A stretch of 64,000 bases of DNA from an uncultured delta proteobacterium (lineage in GTDB: Bacteria > Desulfobacterota > WTBG01 > CAIYCZ01), in NCBI GenBank assembly GCA_963803975.1, contig CAWDOY010000014.1, positions 96,001 to 160,000 of the forward strand. Reading direction: 5' to 3'. The position numbers were made by a program, and so were the translations under genes. The notes under the pieces are model-generated. The model was given only the letters and a program-made list of their open reading frames with translations. It was not told where the DNA came from and did no database searches. This document shows, piece after piece, positions 54,025 to 64,000 of the stretch (positions are counted from its first letter, which is position 1; every line of letters begins with the position of its first letter).

Positions 54025-54435
54025 CTGGATAGCTGATCACCCCTGGCCATCAAGCCCCCTGTTTTGGAATGTAACCGCAGAAATCGCTGTGGAATACTTC
54101 CTTTCTCTGTGACCCTTGTGGTTTTGCTATTACAGGATTAAAAAGATTAAAGAAGTAAAAAGTTTATAGCAATATTTACTCTCAATTGACAACAGAATTC
54201 TTGGGGCCGGGCCGCTTAAAAAACCTAAAAATAATTTTTTCACTGTGACCGTATCTGTCAAACTGCCGGATTATTCTGAACCGCAGAGAAGGAAATTCAG
54301 GAGTTAGAGAGTAAATGAGTTGAGGAGTCTGAAGGTAGTTAATTGAGAAAGAACACCGGAACTATCTGACTCCACAACTCTCCAACGCATAGATATCTGT
54401 GGTTAAACAATTATTATAACCAAGAGGAAGTGAAG

Positions 54436-54561
54436 ATGGATATTTTCCCCCACGTCAATCTTATTCTCATAATGCTGTGGCTCGTCTTTTTTGTAATTGT
54501 CCCTGCCTGGTGTGAGCTGAAGCCTAAACCGTTCCGCGGCATCCATGAGCTGAAGGAATAG
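54436..54561 (+). CDS. Candidate 41-aa single-TM small protein
   Basis: MDIFPHVNLILIMLWLVFFVIVPAWCELKPKPFRGIHELKE; GAGG RBS. Confidence 0.5.
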   Translation: MDIFPHVNLILIMLWLVFFVIVPAWCELKPKPFRGIHELKE

Positions 54562-54874
54562 TTGCCGCGCCTAATATATATAAAAAATGGAGCAGCAGTT
54601 ACGCGCTACTACCTTTCTTTAATGTTGTGCAGGGGGAAGGTATTATTTATTATTTTGAAGATGAAGATATTAAAAAAATAAATTTAGCCGCCCGCAGGGC
54701 CCGGGGCCGGATAGTAAACCAGGATATACTGTAAATATAATAAGTTATAAAAACGCCGGAAGCAGCTATACGAAATAAGTAGATTTTTATGTATATTGAC
54801 ATACAAAAGCATTGTGTTATATCCATTAACAGGCAACGCCCTCCAGCATTAAATCTACAGAAAGGGAGCATTTT

Positions 54875-55702
54875 ATGAAACGCAGAGATTTTATTAAAAT
54901 CGCAGGTATCGGCTGTCTTGGCTGCTGCTGCCCGCCTGGCCTGCTGGTCAAAAGCGCCGGCGCAGCGACCGGCGCGCGCGGGGCAGCCAGTGCTTTTCCC
55001 TTCCGGCTGGCTGGTCTTGGCACCGGCCCATTTTCCCTGTCTGCTGCCGGCAGGGCCTATGACGCCCAGGAGCTGCTTGCAAGCTATGACGATGCCGAAT
55101 ACGCAAAAAAGCGGCGGGATATGTACCTCGAGATTTTTGACGGGGGAACAGTCGACAAGATACTGGCTGAGATGCGTGTCTCATACGAAGCGCTTATCCC
55201 GGAGATACCCTTCATCGGAAAAAACAATTTCCACCTGCAGTGGGTCATCCCGAACATGGAGAAACTCGCCGAGTATATTGTTGCGAGAAATTACGGCATC
55301 ACGGCCGACGTGTTCAGCCGCATGTACATCAAGCGGGCAACCTATGACCTGCTCGCACAACCTGAGGAGGAGCGGAAGATGATCGGGCAGATGCAGTTCG
55401 GACCGGTGGCGGAAACGCTGATGCGGTACGTGGCATTCCGCTCGCAGCTGAAGCTCTTTCCTGATGACTACATCCTGAGCTTTGTTCCGGGAGACGGGAA
55501 AGATTTCGACTGGGGGCTTGACTACACCCAGTGCACCAATATCATTGTGTATAAAAAGTATGACGCGCTGGAAGTTCTGTACCCGATGGTCTGCGCCATG
55601 GATTATGTTGCGGGCATGACCATGCGTGTCGGCTATTACCGCACCAAGACCCTGGTAAAGGGGGATTCAATCTGCGACCTGCGGTGGAAATGGCAGGGAT
55701 AA
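54875..55702 (+). CDS. Tat-exported ATC-hydrolase-like protein
   Basis: KRRDFIK Tat motif; DYTQC...C.MDY.....RTKTL..GD..CD C-terminal pattern. Confidence 0.7.
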   Translation: MKRRDFIKIAGIGCLGCCCPPGLLVKSAGAATGARGAASAFPFRLAGLGTGPFSLSAAGRAYDAQELLASYDDAEYAKKRRDMYLEIFDGGTVDKILAEMRVSYEALIPEIPFIGKNNFHLQWVIPNMEKLAEYIVARNYGITADVFSRMYIKRATYDLLAQPEEERKMIGQMQFGPVAETLMRYVAFRSQLKLFPDDYILSFVPGDGKDFDWGLDYTQCTNIIVYKKYDALEVLYPMVCAMDYVAGMTMRVGYYRTKTLVKGDSICDLRWKWQG

Positions 55703-55790
55703 TAGTTGACCGGAAGACGGCAGAGCAGGGCCCTTATTCATAAATTCAACGTCTGGTATGATACGGTGCTTAACCGGATAGGAGGAGAAG

Positions 55791-57062
55791 ATGAGACAAC
55801 CAGGTAATTATTTTCTAGTTCTATTGCTTTCAGTCTGTGTCTTGTGCGGCGCCGGCTGCAAACAGGAGACATCCTGCGAGCCCGGGATAAAACAGTCCTG
55901 CTACTGCCCCGACGGTACAGTTAAAGAGCAGACATGCAGGGATGACGGCAAGGGCTGGGATGCATGCCAGTGCACCTATTATTCAGTCTGGTGCGACGAC
56001 AGCTCGGGCCTGTGCTGGCAGGACCCGCAGAAGGACGGCTATGACAATACAGAGGGCGGTGTCGAGCCTGCTGATGCGGTACGGTACTGCGAGCAGGTGG
56101 CCTTCGGCGGCTATGCCGACTGGCGCCTGCCCACTATTGAAGAGCTGCGCACACTGGTCAGGGGCAATCCCGCCACCGAGACCGGCGGTGAATGTCCGTT
56201 GGTTAATGATAGTGTCAGCTCCGATATGAACGATCCAGCATGCATGCCCGTTACCCTGTACGGAGGCCCCGGCACAGGGACTGCTGAGGGCTGCTATTGG
56301 CCCCCGGAGCTTACCGGCACCTGCAACAAGCCCGACCCTGCTTCGAAGGGACATCCGCTTGAGTATGCTTCCTCAACCCGGTGTCCTGATGATCCGACCA
56401 AGGGCTGGTATGGCACGATCATGTTCGAGAATGGCGCTGTCTGCTGGAACCATATCAATACATTTGCCGACGTGCGCTGCGTGCGCGACGCTCCGACGCC
56501 CATAGCAACCTGCACTGAAGAGGCGACGTGCATGCCGGGTGCAACCAGGAAGTGCATTGGCAAGAATTTCAGGCTCGGCGCACAGGTCTGCGCCGAAGAA
56601 GGCAACTGCTGGGGCCCCTGCGACAGCATGGCATTCAAAAAATCGCCCCCCCGAATTGATGTCTGCCCTTCTTGCGATCAGATCAAGCTGACCGTCAGGG
56701 TGCCCGAGAAGCTTGCGGTGAAGCCCGCTCAGCTCATGGCCTTCCTGTATGCTGCTGACACCTGGACATGGCCGCCCAACAGGCAGCCAGATGGGGGCAA
56801 TTCCGATTGCCAGGTGAAGGATCCCGTCATTGACGTGGACACACCGTTTACTCTGACAGTGCCCGCCTGCACCTATTATCGCATGAAATGCCTCAAGGGT
56901 CAGTATATGCTGTATGTAGCTATTTTGCAGACCGATACCATGCCGCCGGTCATGAAAGAGGGCGACTACTGGTGGGGCATGGATCAGGAGCCGCTCACGC
57001 TGGGCGACGGGACGGCAAAGGAAATTCCCATGGATATCACGCTGGTGCCCTGGACAAAATAG
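55791..57062 (+). CDS. Cys-rich lipoprotein with DUF1566 (Lcl C-terminal) domain
   Basis: Lipobox GAGC; GLCWQ...AVRYC...GGYADWRLPTIEELRTL...VRCVR. Confidence 0.8.
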   Translation: MRQPGNYFLVLLLSVCVLCGAGCKQETSCEPGIKQSCYCPDGTVKEQTCRDDGKGWDACQCTYYSVWCDDSSGLCWQDPQKDGYDNTEGGVEPADAVRYCEQVAFGGYADWRLPTIEELRTLVRGNPATETGGECPLVNDSVSSDMNDPACMPVTLYGGPGTGTAEGCYWPPELTGTCNKPDPASKGHPLEYASSTRCPDDPTKGWYGTIMFENGAVCWNHINTFADVRCVRDAPTPIATCTEEATCMPGATRKCIGKNFRLGAQVCAEEGNCWGPCDSMAFKKSPPRIDVCPSCDQIKLTVRVPEKLAVKPAQLMAFLYAADTWTWPPNRQPDGGNSDCQVKDPVIDVDTPFTLTVPACTYYRMKCLKGQYMLYVAILQTDTMPPVMKEGDYWWGMDQEPLTLGDGTAKEIPMDITLVPWTK

Positions 57063-57233
57063 ATGCGAACGTTTTGATACTGGAAAGAGAGGTTGGATGC
57101 GATGAACATAGCATAAAAGATCACCAAGCAGAACCGGTCGCAGGCCATGTCACGCGTCGTGATTTTCTGTAATGGCAACGGCATCGGCGATGCCTGCGAG
57201 AGTAAATAAAATTTTGCTGTTTCGCTTCTGTCT

Positions 57234-57268
57234 AAAAAAGGGCTCAGCCTGTGGCTAAGCCCTTTTTT
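57234..57268. terminator. Bidirectional intrinsic terminator
   Basis: AAAAAAGGGCTCAGCC-TGT-GGCTAAGCCCTTTTTT. Confidence 0.85.
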
Positions 57269-57271
57269 ATG

Positions 57272-57300
57272 GTGCGCCCGGCATGGGCGATAACTTGGAG
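57272..57300 (+). mobile_element. 5' stub of a group IIC intron
   Basis: GTGCGCCCGGCATGGGCG begins 3 nt after the terminator T-tract, the known IIC target context; no RT ORF or domain V seen. Confidence 0.7.
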
Positions 57301-57505
57301 ATGCGGCATTGACTGAGCTTACCCGGTATTCTGAAGACTATGGCACGAAAGCTGCCATTCAAAAAGTTTGACTGCAAACCCCGGACAGTTGATTGCAGCA
57401 TGCAGGGCTGCGAGCGGGCTGTCCCTGTGCAGGAGCAGACCAGCTCGGACGTTACCGGGGGATTGTGCCGTGCTGGCTCAGATGATCTCTCCGCCAGCAA
57501 CACGG

Positions 57506-59308
57506 TTACGGGTTCTCAAAAAGGCTCAGCACCCCAAGCGAGAGGGCCGGGACGTAGGTGATGAGGAGCACGCCGAGGCCAAGGATGAGGAGAAACGGCA
57601 GGACATAGCGGTAGAGCGCGACCATGGGTTTGTTAAAGCGCGACGAGGAGAGGAACAGGTTGAGGCCCACCGGCGGGCAGAGAAAACCGAGTTCCAGATT
57701 GGCCAGGATGATGACCCCCAGGTGCACCGGATGGATCCCGAAGGCCGTACCGAGCGGGATGATCAGCGGCGTCAGGACAACGATGGCTGAGAAAATTTCG
57801 AGCACGCTTCCCAGCACCAGCAGCACCACATTGAGCGCGAGCAGGAAGACCAGCGGCGAGTGGATACGGGTCTGAACCATGGTCAGCAGCTGGGCGGGGA
57901 CCTGGGCATCCACCAGGTAGCTGGTGAGTCCCATGGCGCAGCTGAGCAGGATCAGCACCGCGCCAACAAGCGCGGTGGCCTTCAGCAGAACCGGCGGCAG
58001 CTCCCAAAACGGGTGCAGATCCCGCTGGATGAAACAGGCGATGACGATAGAGTAGGCGCAGGCAAAAGCGGAAGTCTCCAGCAGCGAAGCGAGCCCGGTA
58101 CCAAACAGCACGGCCATCACCAGAGGGATGGAGAGCTCCCATTTGGCTCCCCAGGTCGCCTTCAGCAACTCATTCCACATGAATGGCTGACGCGGAGTCC
58201 GGAGTTTGCGGCCAAAGATGATGCCATAGGCCGCCACCAGCAACAGGAGAATCAATCCCGGTACCAATCCGGCAATAAACAGCTGGTCAGCTGGAACCTT
58301 TGCAACCACGCTGTAGAGGATCACGGGCAGACTCGGCGGGAAGAGCAGACCCAAACTGCCCGCTGCGGTGACCAGACCCAGCGAGAACTGCTCTGAGTAG
58401 CCATCTTCGATGAGAATCGGATAGAGCAGCCCGCCCAGCGCGATGATGGTGATGCCCGAGCCGCCGGTGAAGGCGGTGAACAACGCACAGACCGCGCTCA
58501 CCAGCACCGCGACACCACCGGGCATGAAGCCGAACAGCGCGTGAAAGAAGCGCACCAGCCGGTGCGGGGCTTGCGTTTCGGCGAGCACAAAACCGGTTGC
58601 GGTCAGAAGCGGGATAGCGGGAAGTGTCGGCGACGCGATCAGCCGGTAGATCTCAGCAGTGACCGCCGACACCGGCGTGGACTCCCGCCAGAAAAGGGTC
58701 ATGCCCAGGCCTGCCATCGCAGCGAAGACGGGCAACTCGAGCAGCGTCGCTGCCAGCAGCAGTAAGCACAAAAGCCAGGTGACAGGGCTCGTCGGGCGCA
58801 TCAGCCCGAGCGCGAATACAGCACCCACGATGGCAACCGCACCAGCCCGTCCGGACCAGCTCCTGGAGGACTTGCGCACATAGGTCAGTGTCATCAGTCC
58901 CAGCGCAAGAGGCATCACACTCTCGCTGATCCAGGTCGGCAGCCCAAAGGACAGCATATTTCCCTGCTGACGCTCGGCCAGCACCACACTGACGCTGGCG
59001 TACGTCAGCATTGCCGTGACTGAGGCCGCAGCGCAGGTCGAAAAGTACTCTGCGCACCTCCGCACAGTACCCTCCGGGAGCAAACCGGCAGTGGAAAGCG
59101 TCAGCTGTTTTCCCGTCCAGGTGGCAACGAGACCGCCAAGGAAAGCCAGATAGAAGGTGAGCTGCTGCGTGTAGGTTGCAGAACCGGGAATGTGAAAGCC
59201 GGCGAGCGGACGCCCGAGGAAGTTTACCAGCGGCACTGCCGTAAGCAGCATGAAGGCGGCGACGAGGGCTCCCTGCCCGGTGCCGCGGATAAGGGAGCGC
59301 GCTGTCAA
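57506..59308 (-). CDS. TRAP transporter fused DctQ-DctM permease
   Basis: GSLGLLFPPSLP and LCPPVGLNLF motifs; TTG start overlaps the dctP stop. Confidence 0.9.
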   Translation of the reverse strand: MTARSLIRGTGQGALVAAFMLLTAVPLVNFLGRPLAGFHIPGSATYTQQLTFYLAFLGGLVATWTGKQLTLSTAGLLPEGTVRRCAEYFSTCAAASVTAMLTYASVSVVLAERQQGNMLSFGLPTWISESVMPLALGLMTLTYVRKSSRSWSGRAGAVAIVGAVFALGLMRPTSPVTWLLCLLLLAATLLELPVFAAMAGLGMTLFWRESTPVSAVTAEIYRLIASPTLPAIPLLTATGFVLAETQAPHRLVRFFHALFGFMPGGVAVLVSAVCALFTAFTGGSGITIIALGGLLYPILIEDGYSEQFSLGLVTAAGSLGLLFPPSLPVILYSVVAKVPADQLFIAGLVPGLILLLLVAAYGIIFGRKLRTPRQPFMWNELLKATWGAKWELSIPLVMAVLFGTGLASLLETSAFACAYSIVIACFIQRDLHPFWELPPVLLKATALVGAVLILLSCAMGLTSYLVDAQVPAQLLTMVQTRIHSPLVFLLALNVVLLVLGSVLEIFSAIVVLTPLIIPLGTAFGIHPVHLGVIILANLELGFLCPPVGLNLFLSSSRFNKPMVALYRYVLPFLLILGLGVLLITYVPALSLGVLSLFENP

Positions 59309-60345
59309 GGGCCGCCAGCCTTGCCCGCCTGCCGGCGACACTGGTCGCGTCGCTTGAGCGCGGCATCGAGGGCTTCCGCAGGCAGGAACGAACCCCGTAC
59401 CTGCGGCAGGACCCCGTCAATGAGCTGTCGCCACTGGTCGAGCACTGCGTTGTCCACGGCGACCACCTGGACTCCGTGTTTTTGCAGGACTTCGATGTCC
59501 CTGGCCTCCGACTGCCGCGAGAATTCGCTGAGGCGCCGGCAGGCTTTGCGCGCCGCCTCCTTTAGTAATGGACGCACATCAACGGGCAGCTTCTCCCAGG
59601 TTGGCTTGGCCACCACAATAGCGCCAAGGAACACCGCCCATTTAAGGTCGGTCATATACCTGACCTGCCGGTACCACTGGAGCAGTACAACGCCCTGGAC
59701 CGTCGAAGTAACGGCGTTGACCAGCCCGGTCTGGAGCGCTGTGGAGATTTCCGTCGAGGGCAGCGGCACCGGGTTGAAGCCGGCCTTCTTCCATAGCTCG
59801 GCATACCGGTCATCGCCGGCCCAGACAAACATTTTCAGCTTCTTCATGTCATCCGGTGTCCTGACCGGCTCCCTGGTAAAGAAATGAGCCCAGCCAGCGT
59901 CAGACCAGCCGAGCAGGACAAATCCCCGGGCCTCGATCTGTTTCTCAAGCTGGGGGCCGAGTTGCTCGATGGTGCAGTCCAGCTCGCGGTAGTTGGCATA
60001 GGCCAGCGGTACCTGCAGCGCCAGCACACCGCGGTCAATGTCGGTGAGCCCATCGGAGCTCAGCAGTGCCACGTTGAGGGTTCCGAGCCGCATCTTGCGC
60101 ACGACGTCGGCGTCGTCTCCTGCCACTCCCCCCGGGTAAAGGCGGAACTGCACCTGGCCGCGGGACGCCTTCTCCCACGCCGCGCCCATTTCCTGAAGGA
60201 CCTGGTGCCATTCGGAGCCTTGGGGAGCAATCGTCGCCATCTTGATGACCATCTCGTCAGCCGCCCAGGAGGCGTGCGCCGCTGCCAGAAGCAACAGCAT
60301 CGCAAGCCAGATCAGCAGGCCCCGGCTGCAGGTGCGTCTATCCAT
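59305..60345 (-). CDS. dctP: TRAP substrate-binding protein (DctP/TatP-like)
   Basis: IKMATIAPQGSEW, YPGGVAGD and ALQTG motifs. Confidence 0.9.
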   Translation of the reverse strand: MDRRTCSRGLLIWLAMLLLLAAAHASWAADEMVIKMATIAPQGSEWHQVLQEMGAAWEKASRGQVQFRLYPGGVAGDDADVVRKMRLGTLNVALLSSDGLTDIDRGVLALQVPLAYANYRELDCTIEQLGPQLEKQIEARGFVLLGWSDAGWAHFFTREPVRTPDDMKKLKMFVWAGDDRYAELWKKAGFNPVPLPSTEISTALQTGLVNAVTSTVQGVVLLQWYRQVRYMTDLKWAVFLGAIVVAKPTWEKLPVDVRPLLKEAARKACRRLSEFSRQSEARDIEVLQKHGVQVVAVDNAVLDQWRQLIDGVLPQVRGSFLPAEALDAALKRRDQCRRQAGKAGGP

Positions 60346-60361
60346 TATCGAATCTCCTTGT

Positions 60362-61327
60362 TCACTCGACAAATAACCGGTCCATCCGGGCCAGCAGCCA
60401 TTGCGCCCGGCGCTGCGCGATCACGTTCGCCAGGCGCTGTTCCGGCAAGGCATTGACGTCGATCGCCAACGCCTGATTTAGCAGTTTCACAAACTCGGCC
60501 CGGTTCTGCAGGCCGACATCGACCGTTTCGGCGAATGCTACCAGCGGTGCCGCGCGCCGTCCCTTGGAAAGCTGCAGCGCCCGGCCCAGGCTGGCACGGG
60601 CGCGTTCAACAGAACCGCCAGCAGCAGCCGGCCTTCCTCCTTCGTAGGCGATGAAAAAATCATGGATGGCACCCAGGTCGTAGCCTTCGTCGAGTTCCAG
60701 GGCGCGGCGCATGAGCACCTCGACCTGAGGCAGGTCGGCACCCAGTTCAGTATCAGTCTTGTTCAGCGCAATCGCCGCCCCCCAAGCCATTGCCGTCCAG
60801 TAGAGCTGTGCCACGTTCGCCTTGCGGAACCGGGATAGCGCCGCGCTCGGGTCGGCTCTAAGCGACGTGCGCACGCCGGGCTGGACTTCCTCCAGGCCGC
60901 GCATACCGTAACCCAGCGCCCGGCAGTAGAGATGGCCCGCCTGCTTCCGGAGTGCCGTGGCCTGTGCCAAATCACTATCCTCAACAAAATCAGCCCTGGT
61001 TTGCACAAAGGCATAGGCATATTGCGTGAACCCGCTGGTTGCGGCGAGGAGCAGCTCTTTGTGGTGCGGGGACTGCAGCAAGAGGCCTTCGATAGTCTTG
61101 AGACCGAAAGGCAGTGCCGCGCCAACCAGCTCCGGGTCGTCGTCAATGGCGTACACCGAGGAGCCGGTGGCGAGAGCATCACCCAGGCGGTTGACGGCAA
61201 ACTGCTTAAAGGAGCAGCCGGGTAGTGTCAGGGCTCCCAGGAGCAGAGCCAGTCCCAGAATTTTTCTCTGCCGCAGCGCACTTCGCTGCGCGTCGCTCCG
61301 AGATAAAAAATAAAAAAAATCTGACAT
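60362..61327 (-). CDS. TRAP-associated TatT-family lipoprotein
   Basis: Lipobox LPGC; DDDPELVGAALPFGLK; helical; upstream of dctP; start uncertain. Confidence 0.82.
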   Translation of the reverse strand: MSDFFYFLSRSDAQRSALRQRKILGLALLLGALTLPGCSFKQFAVNRLGDALATGSSVYAIDDDPELVGAALPFGLKTIEGLLLQSPHHKELLLAATSGFTQYAYAFVQTRADFVEDSDLAQATALRKQAGHLYCRALGYGMRGLEEVQPGVRTSLRADPSAALSRFRKANVAQLYWTAMAWGAAIALNKTDTELGADLPQVEVLMRRALELDEGYDLGAIHDFFIAYEGGRPAAAGGSVERARASLGRALQLSKGRRAAPLVAFAETVDVGLQNRAEFVKLLNQALAIDVNALPEQRLANVIAQRRAQWLLARMDRLFVE

Positions 61328-61662
61328 GCTTACTGTGCGGAAATGAATTGCCGGGGCCACTATCGAACAGATAGAAACTCTTTTTTTGGACGGGGTAAGT
61401 ATAGGCAGGGGGCGATTGTGTGTCAATGAAAAAGTCTTCATGAAAAAGTCTTCTCCAGAGATGGAAATGCTTAATAAGGTTACGCAAACCAAGGAGTCAA
61501 ACAAGGTAAGCGAAAGGTGAGAACAAGAAGCAGTGTCAGTAATGGCTATATTTGCCCTCTTTTTTATTGCCTTCTTATTTCAATTTCACTATAGTTAAAA
61601 AAACGCAATCATGCTCCTGTTCGCATTCCACAACAGCTCAAACGTATTACAGGTAACGGCAG

Positions 61663-62931
61663 ATGAAATTCCTTTTTAAAAGTCTCTTCCTGGTAATTGC
61701 CATCAGTTGCTTCTCTCTTCTGCACGCTTCTGCTGCCCCGGCACCGCCTGCAGCTCCCTCCTTCCAGGTCACCGCCCGGTCAGCACTGCTCATCAACGGC
61801 CTGACCGGAAAAATTGTGTTCGAGCAGAACGCGGATGATAAGATCCCTCCCGCGAGCCTGATTAAAATCATGACCCTCTATCTCATCTATGATGCCATTG
61901 ATAGCGGCAACGCCAAAATTACGGACATGGTTACCATCAGCCAGCGGGCCTGGAAGTTCGGCGGCTCGCAGATGTATTTGGAAGTCAATATGCAGGTGAC
62001 GCTCGCTGACATTATAAAGGGTATTGTGGTGGTCTCGGGGAATGATGCCTGCGTTGCGGCGGCTGAACACCTTTCAGGCACGGAAGAGGTGTTTGTCGAA
62101 AAAATGAACAAAAAGGCTGCTGAGCTCGGGCTGACCAGCAGCCTTTTTAAAAACTGCCACGGCCTTCCGGTGGACGGGCAGTACACCACAGCCCGCGACA
62201 TGGCGACCCTTGCCTATAATTATCTTACGCATCATCCCCATGCTACGGACATACACAGCATCAAAGAATTTACCTTTAACAACATCACCCAGCAGAACAG
62301 AAACAAACTGCTATGGCGTGACGCAAGCGTGGACGGGTTAAAGACCGGGTGGATCAGGGAGTCAGGCTATCATCTCATCGCCACCGCACACAAGGATAAT
62401 GACCGGTACATCGCGGTTGTGATGGGCGCAAAGAACCATACCATCCGCGAGGAGGAAGCCCTGAAGCTGCTTAACTACGGCTTCAGAAATTTCAAAACCA
62501 GCGAGCTGGTGCAAAAGGGAAAGCCCGTGGCAGCGCTGCCGGTGTGGAACGGAATTGAAGAAGAAGTGACGCTGGCAGCTGTCGAATCATCGTTTGTGAC
62601 CGCTCCCCGCGATCAGGCCGGTGCCGTGCAGATTCAGCAGGATGTGCCTGCAGGTATTTTTGCCCCGGTGGCAAAAGACCAGAGAATCGGCTCCCTCAAG
62701 ATCATGGTTGACGGGAAGCCCTATGCCGAGATCCCCTTGGCAGCGCTGGCAGCTGTAGATAAGACCGGTTTTGTAAAACAGGTGCTGCAGACCATCGGCC
62801 GTTCTTTTACTGCCGCGCCGTACTGGGGTATTATTGCGGTTGTCCTGATCGTCATCCTGTTCTTTGTCGGCGTATCCAGAACAAAAGGGAGCAGCGGTAA
62901 AAAGAAGAAAGATAGTTCTCTGGTCTCATAA
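61663..62931 (+). CDS. dacA: D-alanyl-D-alanine carboxypeptidase (S11)
   Basis: PASLIK, SGNDA, HGL and KTG motifs. Confidence 0.93.
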   Translation: MKFLFKSLFLVIAISCFSLLHASAAPAPPAAPSFQVTARSALLINGLTGKIVFEQNADDKIPPASLIKIMTLYLIYDAIDSGNAKITDMVTISQRAWKFGGSQMYLEVNMQVTLADIIKGIVVVSGNDACVAAAEHLSGTEEVFVEKMNKKAAELGLTSSLFKNCHGLPVDGQYTTARDMATLAYNYLTHHPHATDIHSIKEFTFNNITQQNRNKLLWRDASVDGLKTGWIRESGYHLIATAHKDNDRYIAVVMGAKNHTIREEEALKLLNYGFRNFKTSELVQKGKPVAALPVWNGIEEEVTLAAVESSFVTAPRDQAGAVQIQQDVPAGIFAPVAKDQRIGSLKIMVDGKPYAEIPLAALAAVDKTGFVKQVLQTIGRSFTAAPYWGIIAVVLIVILFFVGVSRTKGSSGKKKKDSSLVS

Positions 62932-63032
62932 TATTCCGGCACTGCCGCAGGAGAATGCGTGCGCCAGAAATCAGGATCATAATAATATAAATAGTGCCCG
63001 CACCGCTGTAATCTGTCTCATGTACTCTGACT

Positions 63033-63767
63033 ATGAAAATCGCCGCCATAATTCCTGCCCGCTATGAATCAACGCGCTTCAGAGGAAAACCCCTTGCCCC
63101 CATCTGCGGCAAGCCCATGATCCAGTGGGTGTATGAAGCGGCCCGGCACTGCGATTTCATTGACCAGGTCCTTATCGCCACTGATCATGAGGAGATACGC
63201 GCTGCCGCGGAAGCCTTCGGCGCATGCGTCTGCATGACCGCTGCCACTCACGCGACCGGCACGGACCGGGTTGCAGAGGCTGCAGAGAGCCTGGACACCC
63301 ATATTGTTATCAACCTCCAGGGCGATGAGCCATTGATTGAACCGGAGGCAATACGGCAGGCAGTAACCCCGCTCCTAAAGGACAGCTCAATAGTACTGGG
63401 AACCCTTAAAACCAGGATAACGGATGAGCGCGACCTGGGGAATCCCCATGTGGTCAAGGTAGTGACCGATGCCAAAGACTGCGCCCTCTATTTTTCCCGG
63501 TCTTCTATTCCATTTATGAACAATACGAACAGCGCAGCGGCCGCGTACCGGCATATCGGCCTGTATGTTTTCAGGAAAGATTTCCTGCGCACCTTCACCC
63601 GGCTGCCGCAGACAACGCTTGAGCAGAGCGAGAATTTAGAACAGCTCCGGGCGCTTGAACACGGGTATCGCATCAAGGTCCCCACCACCAGCTATCAGCC
63701 AATTGGCGTGGACACACCGGATGATATAATCCGGGTTGAAAATATGCTAAAAAAAGCTGAGAGCTGA
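63033..63767 (+). CDS. kdsB: 3-deoxy-manno-octulosonate cytidylyltransferase
   Basis: [20 protein letters not shown] and LEQLRALE motifs. Confidence 0.96.
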   Translation: MKIAAIIPARYESTRFRGKPLAPICGKPMIQWVYEAARHCDFIDQVLIATDHEEIRAAAEAFGACVCMTAATHATGTDRVAEAAESLDTHIVINLQGDEPLIEPEAIRQAVTPLLKDSSIVLGTLKTRITDERDLGNPHVVKVVTDAKDCALYFSRSSIPFMNNTNSAAAAYRHIGLYVFRKDFLRTFTRLPQTTLEQSENLEQLRALEHGYRIKVPTTSYQPIGVDTPDDIIRVENMLKKAES

Positions 63768-63819
63768 CAGCCATCAGCTTTCAGCCCCAGCTGCTAATAC
63801 CGCAACCAGGAGTCTCTTG

Positions 63820-64000
63820 ATGAAACCAAAATTTATCTTTATAACCGGCGGTGTGCTCTCTTCCCTGGGCAAGGGTCTCTCCGCGGCATCAATCGGGGCC
63901 CTTCTTGAATGCCGGGGGCTGCGGGTTACCTTCCAGAAACTTGATCCCTATATCAATGTTGACCCGGGAACCATGAACCCATTCCAGCACGGCGAGGTCT
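63820..64000 (+). CDS. pyrG: CTP synthase (5' part)
   Basis: [19 protein letters not shown]...[20 protein letters not shown]. Confidence 0.96.
   Translation, partial: MKPKFIFITGGVLSSLGKGLSAASIGALLECRGLRVTFQKLDPYINVDPGTMNPFQHGEV

Noticed and set aside
57100..57208. Collapsed gene remnant (TRRDFL Tat-like motif next to NGNGIGDACE TSP3-like tail)
   Set aside because: Suggestive but too short, in different frames and lacking a clear start.
55791..57300. Diversity-generating retroelement (DUF1566 target plus Avd-like genes in the window)
   Set aside because: No reverse transcriptase and no TR/VR pair differing at adenines was seen.

Overview
This is a chromosomal origin-proximal window from an anaerobic, Deltaproteobacteria/Desulfobacterota-like bacterium (lineage inferred from gene content). 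The core blocks are dnaA-dnaN with a candidate oriC, mreBCD-mrdA-rodA, ppiD, proC, rimO, etfBA-acyl-CoA dehydrogenase, rsmG(parS)-parAB-gyrBA-gpsA-lptFG-metK, and dacA-kdsB-pyrG. There are two accessory zones. The first is a defence island (12.6-22.7 kb) with a type I R-M system (HsdR plus fused HsdM-S), two four-helix-bundle genes framed by inverted 7- and 9-nt tandem repeats, and toxin-antitoxin cassettes. The second is a decaying region (51.6-61.5 kb) with gene remnants, a group IIC intron 5' stub and a TatT-type TRAP transporter. The most notable observations are: (1) integrase-free TA cassettes stacked between allelic copies of the rimO 3' end, one ending in half an attC-like site; (2) tandem NrdR boxes controlling a non-RNR unit (HTH gene, ~205-nt multi-hairpin RNA candidate, small ORF); (3) a HydABC/NuoEFG-like module with no catalytic subunit, an altered NuoF motif, a TPP-less PorB-like subunit and a GGR-family flavoprotein; (4) a metK with extreme purine bias at third codon positions; (5) an oriC candidate without canonical DnaA boxes next to a DnaA with Lys at the R399-equivalent position. 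Single-base indels in rodA, proC and the island look largely like assembly errors. All protein family calls are by eye; no database searches were run.
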